Assembly: GCA_903813345.2 (NCBI GenBank)
Contig: CAIIXF020000001.1
Span: 35,898,001 to 35,962,000, forward strand
Direction of reading: 5' to 3'
From: Owenia fusiformis
Taxonomy: Eukaryota
Length of the DNA stretch: 64,000 nucleotides
Shown here: positions 1-13,100 of the stretch, piece after piece
Numbering within the stretch: the first letter of the stretch is position 1
How the letters are laid out: each line of letters begins with the position of its first letter
The notes under the pieces: model-generated
The model's database searches: none
Seen by the model: only the letters and a program-made list of their open reading frames with translations
Told to the model about the DNA's origin: nothing
Program-made: the position numbers and the translations under genes

Positions 1-3000
1 TTATGCTGACTGGTTGGTGCATTCTTGGTCAAATCTGTTCTTGTACATGTCTTCTTCCATTTAGGATATAGAAAATGTATATTGGACAACCAATGTTGAT
101 ATTATAGCTTTCATGTCTCCCCTGCCCCATTTATGTAAATGAAAAAGTAATTTCAAATCATCAACTTTAACAAAATTGTAGCTATTCTCTATCAATACTA
201 TGTATTATTTAATTTAACTTTCATTTGATTACATGTGTCTAAAATTTGGCATTTTTAGCATTCTGCATTTAGCAGTAGCATATAATTTTCCACAATTATA
301 ATTCTTTGATGATAGATTCATATATGTTTTTTATTGAATCTGTCTTCTCTGATTTAACTTAAAGAAAATGTATGTAAGACAACGAATGTTTTTATTAGAG
401 GTCTAAGATCTGCCCTCCACCATTAAATGAGAAAACCAACACAAATGTTATTATTGCATGATAATATTCTTAAACTTTTCAAAAGTTTAGCATATTTATT
501 AGCACACTAAAATCAAAAAATGACACATAAATGGGCAAAATGACCAATGTTTCACTTCCAGCAATAGTTGTTTATATTTTTAGTTGAATGGTGATTAGTT
601 GACATATTTTAGATCATATATATTCAACTATGTGTCTTGTTATCTTCAAAGCATGGAAAATGTGTTTTAAACACAAATATACATATTAGAGATAAAATTA
701 CTACACTACTATATTTTTAAAAGATTACTCAAAAATAGCATAGTGCGAAATAATTTTGTAATTTCACAGTTTACTCTCATATGAATCAAAGGATATGTCT
801 TTATATAGACATGATTGTTCACAACTCACGAACTTAATCCAGCAACAGCCTGATTTTTCAAATCTCCCTGGTTCTATGTTAGAGCTGCATTTAAGTCATT
901 TTAAAGGTAACTGGTGAACTGGTACCCAAGACAAGTCGTACCCAAGCATATATTTTGTTTTGAATCAAGTGTTGGACTGGGAATGTGTAAAGATATACAT
1001 ATTATAACTGTAACATACTGTTCAGAAGTTTGAAGAATTTTCAGAAGAAATTGATATAATTTTGTAACATTTTGAGCTTGAGTGTCAATTTATTTTGACT
1101 ATTATTTTATATTGGATGTTCGAGTGAAGAGATATATGTTTATTCCACACATTCATAATCATTTTTTTAAATATTATATGTTTAAGAGTGTTTGGAACAA
1201 GTGTCAGATTTAATTCATCTTGGAAGATGGTATTATTATAAATGCATTGATTCATCAAATCTTGGGACTAATTTCTTATTAAACAGATAATCTATTTGTC
1301 TAGGATTTCATATTATCAGAAGTCATATTCATGAAATTTAGCAATAAAATATTTTGAATAATATAATAATAGTATACAAGTAATAATATAGTATACTATT
1401 AATATCAAATATTATTTTGGTACTTATTCATACATGATATATTATTACACTTAGTATGCATGTGCATAATCCAATTTAGTTCCAATTGGAAAAAAATTAA
1501 CAGATTAAACTTCCTTTAAACTTTCTCAAAATGCTCAAATTAATTGTTTGATTCATTTGTAGAAAAGTCACTGTTGTAATTATATTTATTTATATATATG
1601 TTTGACAAAAAATGTTGTGAACAAGCACTTCAAGCACTTGTTTTATTAGTAAAAAGGTGATTCAAGTTAAATCAAAATGCTTCACTTAATCCATTGAGAA
1701 AAAATGTCTTCTAAATTCAAAAAAATATTGAGGCTTATTTGAGTCACATTATAACATGAAAACATTATTATACAAACTCAATTTGTTTTCCTAATATGCA
1801 CCCATAATACTGGAAATAACTTGGGTACGAGTTGTCTTGGGTACCAGTTGACTAGGAAGCATTTTAAAGGTCTAAGTTGCTCATGACACCACAAGCTATT
1901 CAGATATGTAAGATCTCTAAATAATTTTTATAGTTCTGAGAAACTCATCCTTAAATATTGTCCAACGATGTGCACTATGTTGTTTATTGCCACATGGACA
2001 AGTAGCAATACACCCTTGACTAGAAACTTTGTATAGCAATTTTCGCTGCCTTTTGCCATTTTACATTTGCGAATTGCCAAGGACATATGTTTCTTGTGTT
2101 GCTACGAAGGTTTGTTTGTGAGTACTGTTATCTTCAAATAGGTATTGCACTTTGAGATTCATATAGTAATTTAGAATGCTACCTTGAAGGACATAAGAAA
2201 CTTTAAGAGCTCTTTTTAACTCTCATCCTTCTTTGCAAGCAACATTATTCTGAATCATCAGACTGAATACAAATTCTTTCAACATTGAATTCCTTTGTCT
2301 TGTCTGCAGCACTGTAATAGACATGGGCCATAAGGAGAGTGTCAACTTCTTCATGATCAGTATTTGAGAGATAAGTTGCAACTATTAGTTTTGCAAAGTT
2401 CAATAGCAGCTCTGCCATAAGTGAAATTCATCCCATTTTAGAGATACAGTAACATTGCTTCACAAACCAAAGACAGCTTTACCATTTTGTAATCCTTTCC
2501 AAAATCATCTTGTTGGCTGTTCTTCATTTCACAAAATATCCCCAAGCCCAATATCCATCATGAACTTCCTAATTACACCACCCTTAGGTGTAATATGGAA
2601 ATCACCAAGCCTTTGACAACATTGCATTTGATATGAGGGAATCCAACCAATATGGCTTGATCACTGGTTATAATTATCACAGTACTATACCCCATTATTT
2701 TTAAATATATTCCAAGTATTGTACTATACATTGCATAGATTCATGAGCAGTTTGCAACATATCATAACCAGAAAAGCCCAATGGACAAAGATAGAGAATA
2801 CCCGCCCCATTTGCAACTCAACTTTAAATGTCTAATTTTTAGACTTGTATACTCATGAAGTTCTTGACACATCTGAAAAATATCAAATAATACATAGTAT
2901 TGATCTAGAATAGCGACAACTTTGTTAAAGTCTATACTTTGAAATTGTTTGGTTTTTATATTTCTGGTTATTTTTTCAAAATAAATGGGGTAGGGGAGAT

Positions 3001-4353
3001 ATGTAAGCTCTAATATAATGACAGGCTTTCCAATATACATTTTTAAATACCTTAAATCAAAGTAGGCAGGCAAAAGAACAGATTTGATCAAGAATCCATG
3101 AACCAATCAGCATAAAACTCAAGATATAAGGAACTATATGTTATGCTAACAGTGGAAATGATGAAAAATGCCAAATTTTGTTCTTAAATGTCTAATTTCT
3201 CTACACTAGAATACCAATGAAGGTCCTGAAAGATTAATTATAGCAATCAATAACACATAAAGAATAGTTACATCTTTGTTAAAGTTCATACTGGTAGTTT
3301 GAAGTTATTTTTTATATTTTCCAGTCATCTTCCCTAATAAATGGGGTAGGGATAATATTGATAATAGAATAGCTACAACTTTATGAAAGTCTATAATTTC
3401 AAGTTATTTTATTTTTTCATATTTCTCGTTTATTTTCCATAATTGATGGGGTAGGGGAGATCTGAAAGCTCTAATATGAACATTGTTTGTCTACTATACA
3501 TTTTCTATACCTTAAATGAAAGAAGACAGGCACAAGAACAGATTTGATTGAAAATGCAACAATCAGACAGCATGAAACTCAAGATATGAGGAACTATATA
3601 TTACTGCTGAAAGCGAAAATGATAAAAAAAATGCCAAGTTTTGTCCTTAAATGTCTCATTTCTAGCCACTTGTATACCGCTATAGGTTCTGAAATATCTT
3701 AAAAACATTAAATAACACATAATATTGACATAGAATAGCTACAACTTTGTTAAAGTTTATAATTTCAAGTTATTTTATTTTTTCATATTTTTCGGTAATT
3801 TTCCGTAATAAATGGGGTAGGGGAGATCTGAAAGCTCTCATACGAACATTGGTTGTCCACTATACCTTTTCTATACCTTAAATGGAAGAACATATGTACA
3901 AGCACAGATTTAATCAAAAATGCAACAACCAGTCAGCATTAAACTCGAGATATAAGGAACTATATGTTAATGCTGAAAGCGAAAATGATTAAAAATGCCA
4001 AATTTTGTCCTTAAATGTCACATTTCTAGACACAAGTATACTAATGAAGGTCTTGAAACATCTGAGAAACCTTACATAACACAAAATATTGATATAGAAT
4101 AGCTACAACTTTGTTTGAGTTGAACATTTTGACTTCTTGTAGTTTCCATTTTTAGCAAATTTTTTCTAAAAAATTCAAGGTATGTCTTCTTCGGACCAGT
4201 ATTTAGATATGTTCGCAAGAGTTATATGCTTCGCAGGCGAAATCCTTTATGCAGGACACCCTAATAGAATAAAAAATACACAGAAATTCCATCCAGCTCA
4301 TAAAGTCATTTTTTCCTTAACGGAGCCTCTTAGAAAATTTTCCACCCCGAGTA
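1..4353. mobile_element. Academ(X)-like foldback DNA transposon, decayed; left end outside window
   Basis: 1-~560 is the reverse complement of the ~360-460-bp tandem subrepeats at 2800-4130. An internal minus-strand remnant at 2250-2370 reads TDHEEVDTLLMAH...ICIQSDDS (XPG/PIN-like motif). Putative right end ...CCCCGAGTA at 4353. Confidence 0.65.
907..1860. mobile_element. MULE/Mutator-like MITE nested in the foldback element
   Basis: TIR aactggtacccaagacaa.tcgtacccaag / cttgggtacgagttgtcttgggtaccagtt. Exact 9-bp TSD ATTTTAAAG at 898-906 and 1861-1869. Confidence 0.85.
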
Positions 4354-7301
4354 TAAGTGGAGACAATAGGTCGACAGCAAGTTTTCATATGAAAGCAAAT
4401 TATTTTCTACATTTTGTCATCATCATTCTTTCAAAAATAATTTCCTGAAATTTTGTTTTCTTAGAATATATTGTTACATTGGTTTTTGTGTTTCCAATTA
4501 TTAGTTCTGAACTTCTCAGTTGATTAATCAATGTCTACATTTCTACCAGACACATACATAGGTTGTTAACCTTTTTCCAAGTACTATTCATCAGATCAAA
4601 TAAATTGTATAACTAATAGCTACATGTAGGTAAGACCTTGTTTGATGAAGTTATTGATATATTGTAATTCTTAATATTAGTTACATCCACAACCACCTTC
4701 CATCCTTGAAGCAAGGATATACGTGTATATTATTTTTCCTCCCATTCGATTGTTGGTATTGAGCTTAAGTTCTAGAGACATGTGATTGAGTGAACAAAAT
4801 GCAAAACGCAGATTTGCATTTTACCCAATCTGATAATGGCAATCTTTATTGTCTCTGAAATGAAACTAATTTAAGCATAATTGAAGTCCTTTGAAAATGT
4901 TTCACAACTGGTGAGACCAGTGACCTTCCCAGTATTAAAGCAAGTATGTGCAGCACCAAAGTGAAATTGAATAACCAATTATATCCACTTCATAGAAAAT
5001 AAACATGGAAAATTGGCCTATTTTTACCAGCTTTGATACGAATATTGAAATTAATATTTTGCACTTCCTTGTTGAAAAAATTGTGGTAGAACGCTGGGGA
5101 CAACTTCATGGTTTTTCAGTCTATGGTTGAAAAGTGTTATAAAATGGAGTTGGTTCTTCATTAGACACATATTGGGTCTTAATTAAAACAAATAGTGACT
5201 GTCTTATTTCAGACAATTATTATAAACAATTTCTCCTGGGTAATATCCTCTGAATTGTGCTATTCCCAGATTGCAATGCTGAAACATTGGGGTGTTTTGA
5301 TATTTTTGAGATGCACCTTCCTCCAAGTGTTTTCTGACAGAGCTGTGGTAAATTAAAGTAAGTAAGGTGTATATGTAGCTCAATTATGGCTTATTGGAGG
5401 GAATGGTGTGGATGGTATAACATAAAACTGTAAGAAGTGCGAAACAATTTACTAGAAACCTTTCAATTGTGAACAAATACTCTAGCTCTACTTTAGGTCT
5501 GGGTTTATAGTATCACATGGTCTTAATTTAGAATAGGGGCTATGTCAGGATTTAACAACACTGATGTTTGATCGAGAATTATGTTAAGTACATATTTCTC
5601 CCTTAGTGTAGAACTGACATATTTTCATTGGAATGAGACATGAAAGACAATGCCTTGAAAACATAAAACATGAACAGATTTAGAGTTTTTGATATGTCCC
5701 TTTTCAGCAAGCATTTTCTCACTCATCAATTCATATTAACTGAACTCTAGTTCACCATTTCAGGCTGGTTTTCCTTCCATCTACTTGTGATTAATAAAAT
5801 CAAAATGTTTCAAAGTACCTGATATAGCAGAGACCAAACAATTCATAAAAATTCTTCTTGAGTGAGTTATCTAATATACCTTGATATGTGAGGTTTACTA
5901 TATCCGCAAGACTTTGTAATGTTTTAGAAATTGCGTCGTTGTAAATAGGATTGCAAATGGCTGATGATTCTGTGAATCACCTCCTGTCGATATTAAGAGC
6001 TCCCCGGGGATGACCGAGGCTTATCATTCCGGCTCAGTTGAGCTCCGGGGAAATGTTAGAGTGTGCAAGAGAATGTATAAATGAATTTGTCAAAATAATC
6101 ATGAATACTTGTCCTCTAAAAGAGTTATAATTATGTATCATTATTTTCCATCATTCTTCAAATGTTTGATTGCTCATAACTTAGTTTTCTGATGTTCACC
6201 AGTCACATTCATAAAATGTCTCTTTTGAGGGTTCTTGTTCAAATCATCTCACAAAGACTCAATCAATCAAGATAACTTCAATATTTGACAAGTTGCTCAT
6301 AAATGAGGTTATATATCTCTTTTATGTCCTCAGTTTATAGAGTTCTACTATCTTTTTGATATATTAGCCATGTTCAATTATGATCTCTTATATATTACAT
6401 TCAGTTGCCCATTTTTTGGGACAAGTAACCTCAGCTCGGATGAGATAAAATTCTGTTAAATATTGTTTAAACACATCAATTGTGAAAATGGAATTATTTT
6501 TAATTTGAAAAGTAAATGAGAGTTAAATTGTATTTTTTAGAAATTCTTACAATTACTCCAGTTATGAAGCAAATTTTTAATTGTTACGATGAATGATATG
6601 TTGTTTTTGTGTTTTTGTAATGGTGCCCCAAGGCCTTATACCATTGTTTTTATATTTGTTTTCTTAATCATCAGAGACGGACATTATCATCCATAATGCA
6701 TTGATTACATTCTACTCTGCCATCCTTGTCAGAACTAGATGTCATACAATAATTTAGTATTACTCAATAACAGCTATTAGAGACACTTATAGAATGTGGC
6801 TGTTGTGAATTAGATTAGTCACACTTTCAGTCGCCATGTTAACTGTCATAATTATTGTATTAGGAGACATCGAAGCCTATAAAATGAGCCTTCAAGTCTA
6901 ATGATACCACAGAACATACATTTTTCCTCATTTTGTCTTCTATTTAGTAGAATCAATTATCTGCACTAATAAACTAGTGTATGACCACAGGCTTTTTTGC
7001 TGGAGTTAGACCCCATGGTTTGATGTCAATAGCTGTCTGAAACATGCTCTGGTAAGGTTGTATTGATGCAGCTACCAAATTAGTTCCTAGTCTTTGAATT
7101 TAATTATACTATTGGTCCTAATCTGCAAGGCAAAGGAAGGGGAAAGACTCAGATTAGGATTGATTTATACAATGAATTCACATCTAGTCAAGAAGGATGA
7201 ACTACAGAGCAAATATACATATGAAGTAATGTACTGTGCAGATGAAGTAAGGTAATTTGTTATGTGTGGAGATGCTCTTTTTAACCAACCAAAATGAATT
7301 A

Positions 7302-7486
7302 CAGTAAAACCTGTCTAATTTGAATGCTCTTTGGACCAGCTAAAAGTGTTCAGATGGATGAGCAAGCATTCACATTTCAAGGTTTTATAAACATGTAAGT
7401 CAATGGGAGATAACAAATTTTGGACAGAGAAAGTGTTCACATTTGAAAGGTGTTCAAATTAGAGTGTTCTGGTACAGGTTTTACTG
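7302..7486. mobile_element. Tc1/mariner (pogo/Tigger-type) MITE
   Basis: TA|CAGTAAAACCTGT ... ACAGGTTTTACTG|TA. Confidence 0.8.
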
Positions 7487-10190
7487 TACTGGAAATGGTA
7501 ATGATTTTCTAATCTGCACTACCTGTCAAACTGTTATTACATTATATTCCTTCAATATTAATATGGAATGGCTTGACTTGGTCAATAAGATGCTACACTT
7601 TGCAAGATCTCACATGACTTAACATCTGATACTCAAAACATATTTCTGTTTCATCAGAAATATCTCTGTTCAGGGTTTAGAAGAAATGAGATGTCTTGAT
7701 TTATCATGATGCATGACTTCTTGATTGTAAGAGATATTATTATAATGATCAAGCCTAAATTGAATCAGAATAAGTAGACAGAAAATTTTAACATGAGAAT
7801 TTCATTTCACTTTCAAATACCCATGAATTGTAGTTTTTAGTCCCTTCTTGTTCTTGTTTTACTCGATCAAAACTTAAAATGCAATAATGCAAAGATGCTA
7901 ATAATGAATATGATTCAATTTAAATATCTTTATTGCTCCGTATCATATTTACAATTTCATTGGCAAGACATTCAATAGAGCGAAAAAAATAATAAATGAT
8001 GAGCAAGTAATATATTGATACGAGGCATAAAATACATACAATGTACAACATACATATGGTTAATCTAGACTAATATAATATTCTGTTATAACAGTCTTTA
8101 ATATACATTCCATTATATTTTAAGTATTCAGCTAGGGATTTAGGCAGCCTAATTAGATTGTTCTCTGGTGCTTGTAGCTTATTATCACCCACCTGTACCT
8201 CGCTAGGGGAGCAATCATCCACATTAACTCCATTGTTCGGCTGCTAAGAGTGATACATATTTGTGGCCATAACCCAGTCCCTGCTGACTAAGGGGGATTG
8301 TATGTTTATAGGCAGCTTGTAAAATATAGATAAATGTACAATTAACAGCATCTCAAAGGAATAAGCTTCATAATATATCATGTCTTATTATGTTGTATTT
8401 CAATGGCTCTTCATGTCTATGTATTTGGTCCACCATTCTGATACTCCTCTCATCTTTCAGTTTTTGAACTGTCACATCATGATAAACCATGCCATCTCAT
8501 TTCTTCTCAGTCTTGTGAAACAGAAAGATGCTACGAGTTTCAGAATGCAACTAGCAACATGTTTGGCCTTTTACAAAGTATAGAGGCTGTGTCCCAGCAA
8601 TGAATCAATCAGATGTTCCATATGATTGGAGATTCCCATTATTCAAATCATTGACTATTGTATAATGTATGTTATAGTACCAAAGACAAAATTGTTTTTT
8701 TAACATCTTCCCCTTGTTATAATAACATCCATACAGTATATTTTTGACAGATATGATTGTGGATCTTAAAACAATTGTGCCTTTATATAGGGAATATTCT
8801 TTGAAAAGGGGAAACCTTTCATTGTCAGTACTTTTACTTTAGTTTTACTTTAGCTTTGTATAGGTTTTATTAAACAGTCATTGAAATTGAACACCTTTTA
8901 TTTGAGTTAAACTGACGTGTTATTAGGGTACATAAATAATGATGGGTATACTTTAAAGTTTATTTTTCTGTGAATCATTGTTTAATTTAGCTTTGAATCA
9001 TGTTATCCAGAGTTTCATGGCTGATACCTGATTGTTAGATCAGAAAGACTGGATTTATAGCCAGAAAGGAGACATCGCAATCTACTTCTCCAATTATATG
9101 ATGATGAATATGATTTTCTAATGCTCCTCAATGTCAGTTTCAGCCAGATGGTTTTCTGCATAGAATATGTATTAAAGTCTTGCAGAATGATAGTATAGCA
9201 TTAAGAATGAAGTTATCAATGATGCTGTTTGCATATTTACAGGTCTTTTATGATGATTAAAAGTTCAATAAAGTGTTCATGTGTTTAGCTTACAGTTTTT
9301 AAATTGATAGAGATACCTGATCGAATATAGAAGTTATTGAAGACTAAGTTGCAGAAATGTACAAATTCAGCTGAATTGATAAATAGTGGATGTTTTACAT
9401 TACTTTTCATATGTTGCCAGATGACTTCAAAATGATAATTTAATGAACTTATGCCTCAGTCATATTTAATCTACTGCAACTGTATGTTGGCCATAGCTTC
9501 CCAAATCAAGAGAAATATGCAGCATAAAATAAAGGGATAAGCAGTACGATGTCGATTTTCTATTTTGATTTTGTGAAGCTTCGGCCACTGTAGTACAAAT
9601 GTGACTGGAGCTTCACTCTCAATTGATTGCTATACTTTCTACTTCCTCTACTTTTGTATCAGTCCTTCTCCCCTGGGATTTGTTTTTGGTATGATCGTAA
9701 CTTATGATTCCAAGAAAATCATTGTCTATTTTATGACAAACATTGACTTGCGGTCAAATCATAGTTGTGACAGTTCAAAAACAGACCCATGTGTATTTCT
9801 TTATCCTGTGTAGGGAGATATATCAGTGGGTATGCATGGCATATAGACTTGTCATGCAAGACTAGACACATGATGCAAGATAAACTTTAAATAATTTCTG
9901 CATGATTCAACCATTGTTTAATTATGTTAGGATGTTTCTTACTCAAGGATTAATTACATGCACTTCTCAACAATGAATTTCAATTTGCAGTCTCTTATAT
10001 ATATGCATCATGCTTATAATTCATTTATTTATTTGACAGATACATTTAATAATGTGGAACATTAAAATTGGTGTATCACTTTAAAAACAACATTATACAA
10101 TATTACTATAGATATGACAGTATATCATCACATAGTATCAAATAGTTGAACTTGACGCATTTATCAAGCCTAGATTTTTTATGATTACAG

Positions 10191-13100
10191 ACAAAAGAAA
10201 ACATGATTGAGAAGAAGAATTTGAGAAGCAGGACAAAGGGGGCGGCTGTGGAGGCTTCCGGGGATGTAGTGGCGCCACCTATTACACAAAGTAAGTTGAT
10301 TTTTGTGATAATATTTTGAAGATAAAAAAAACAGCTCAAAGAGTTTAAGCCAGAACCATCAGTACTTTCTTAAATTGATTATTTCAATGTGCTGTTTCAC
10401 TTAATTGATATATTCCAAATAACGTTGAGGACATATTATATTGGGAAAAGGGAAAATGGTTCATTTGCTTGAATATATCCTCCATCTTGATCTTGACATT
10501 AGAAAGAACGAGAGATTGATGTAATTGCTACATTCATCATGGAGAGGTATTATTTCTAGCCAATGGATCAGCCATCACTGACAGTATCATTGCACTTAGC
10601 GGTCATAATTGGTTTATCTGGCATTGAAGGAAACTTCCTCATAATGCACAAAGTCAAATACATTTTCTCATATAATTCATGGAAAATTTTAGGATAATGG
10701 AAGACTACCAAGACATATTTTGTGATTGATATTCTTTAAAAACATTGATTCTTGATAAAATTGTGATAGAATTGTTTTGAAGATTTTGAATTGAGAAACT
10801 ATAAGGCACCAAATATCATTTGGCCAGCATCCTCTGAGTCTCAAGTCCTCTCCCTAATCCCCCCCCCCTGTCCCACCCCTCTCCTAATCCGTCATCACCC
10901 CAGTTATATACTACAGCTTCTATCCGTGTCCAGGAGCTACCTATCTCCATATTTTCCCCGCATACTTACAGAGGATGATGGCGAGGGATAGGTGGCAAAT
11001 TTAAGAGATGTTTCACACACCATTTTGGCTTCACTTTCTGTATCACCAACAAATTGATCTTCATAATGTTCGCTATTTTTTATCAATATATTACGGATGC
11101 AGATATTTGGAACTAAAAAACATTAGGCAGGTGAAATCTCTCTATTATCAATATACAGGGAATAGCTAGGAATGACAAGAATAAGTGCAATTACTGTTAA
11201 TAGTGAATGGCTAAGGGAGGGAAGTGGGATAGCGAGAGTGGGTGCTACAACGATTCACCTCACAGTTTACATTGTTGGGAGCTACAACGATTCACCTTAC
11301 AGTTTACATTGTTTGCTTATTTCCTCCCAGATCAGGTAGCAAAGCTGAGCAATTCCCTGGTCAGGTTTTATCAATGTTGTCTTTGTTTTCCATATAATTG
11401 TTATGAGAAATCTAAAAGTTAACCTTTTCCTTCAACGTTTGTCCATGCTAATGCACTAATCCTGCATCAAGCGAATATAGTGCGCCAGCAAAAGCTTTGG
11501 TTTAGAGTGGTAGTATGTGGAATATTATAATAGCTATCATACCAGTCATTGTTTATTTATTATAAGTTTAATGTTTTGGCACTTTTTAATTATTTCTTCA
11601 TAATATAATAATTAAATCATGTCCTTACAAAAGACCAACCCTGCTTCCAACAAAATTATTTTTTATTAAAAAATAAGTCTAATAGGATATAAATTACAAT
11701 TTTATAATAAAATTCATTAAAAGCGGGGTTAGTCTTAGGTGTGTCTGACTATGCAGAGATAGTCTCATGTGTGAGCCGGGACTATCTTCTGTCCTAGTTG
11801 GTCATCCAGGCGTGACATAGACACCTATTTCATGGTATGTGGTTATTGTGGGGATATGCACCTTAAATTACACCATATAGACGCCGCGTGTCACGTTTTC
11901 TGTCAGCCATGTTGTAGGGACATTAGCGAGTGCTGGGATGAATGCATGTCACTGTTAGCGCCATCTTTTACCATTATATGTGACATACAATTATGGGATG
12001 TATTTGATGTCAAGCATTTCTTAAGAGTTGGTAAATTTTTGTTTTGTTAATTCATTATTTCCTCATAGATCATATTTTTGAATACAAATCAGAGATTTTT
12101 ATAATTTCTAGCTGATATAATATTTTTTTATTAAAAAGAGCATTTAGGCTGCCTTAGCGCAAATGATCATAGAGTCATATCGTCATTATTGCAGTAAGTG
12201 AGCAATTATCAAGGATGTATTGTTGAAATCTAAGAGTAATGCCTTTAATAATGCAACTGAAGCTTCAGAGCTCATTTCACTAACAAATAAATAATGCAGA
12301 GAGAAGCAATATACGACTGACAGGGTATTAGTTACACTATAGAAAACTGCTCTCCCTCAGATTAATTAAAACCCACACAAGGAAGGTTGAAACGTGTGAA
12401 GAATAGCTAAACACCCTACTGCCCTATGTGAGAATTTATCAAGCATATACTAAATATTCCACTATATTTTACAGGCTGAAATTTCAAGGTAAGGCTTCGA
12501 TGGTTATTCTTTACATCCTGGCAAGGCTGGAAGTGTCTACTACAAATTCTGAATTCTAAAGGTCTCAATTAGACCTTAAATATGTCACATGCTCGTATTT
12601 TAGATCTTATTTAATGCTGTAAAACATTTCACATTGATCCAGCCTTGTTCGATGATCAAACGATGTGTAAATACAACATGGCCGACTGGTAGACAAGACC
12701 GCGATATCGCCACACCTTTATTAAACCTACCCCAATGACTCTTGTTTAATATTAAGTTCATCCTTTTTTATAATATGCCTAGCTCTTTTGCCACTAATTC
12801 TGGAATGTTTGCTTGTGTTTTTTTATTTATCTCATCTCAATTCACTTCATTCTTGAATTTATGTTTTATATATAATATTTGTTTGTAAATAGAAGTAACA
12901 CTGCTTGCCTTGTTATAGTGTTCTAGTATAGGTTATTTAGCCACGACTGTTGTAGGAATGAAGTAACGCTATAAAGTACTTATGTATATTTATGATTTCA
13001 CTTCTATGTATTTGTATAATATTTTATATACACCAATCTTGTAAAGGGAAACTCGGCCTTATCACATAATCAACTCATTTGTTTTACTAGAATCAGGAAA

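Noticed and set aside
7172..7251. Possible exon MNSHLVKK...DEV ending AG|gtaatt
   Set aside because: It ends in phase 2, which is incompatible with the phase-0 exon at 10191, and shows no recognisable G-patch or zinc-finger similarity.
11244..11313. 37-bp tandem duplication
   Set aside because: A simple two-copy local duplication with no further structure.
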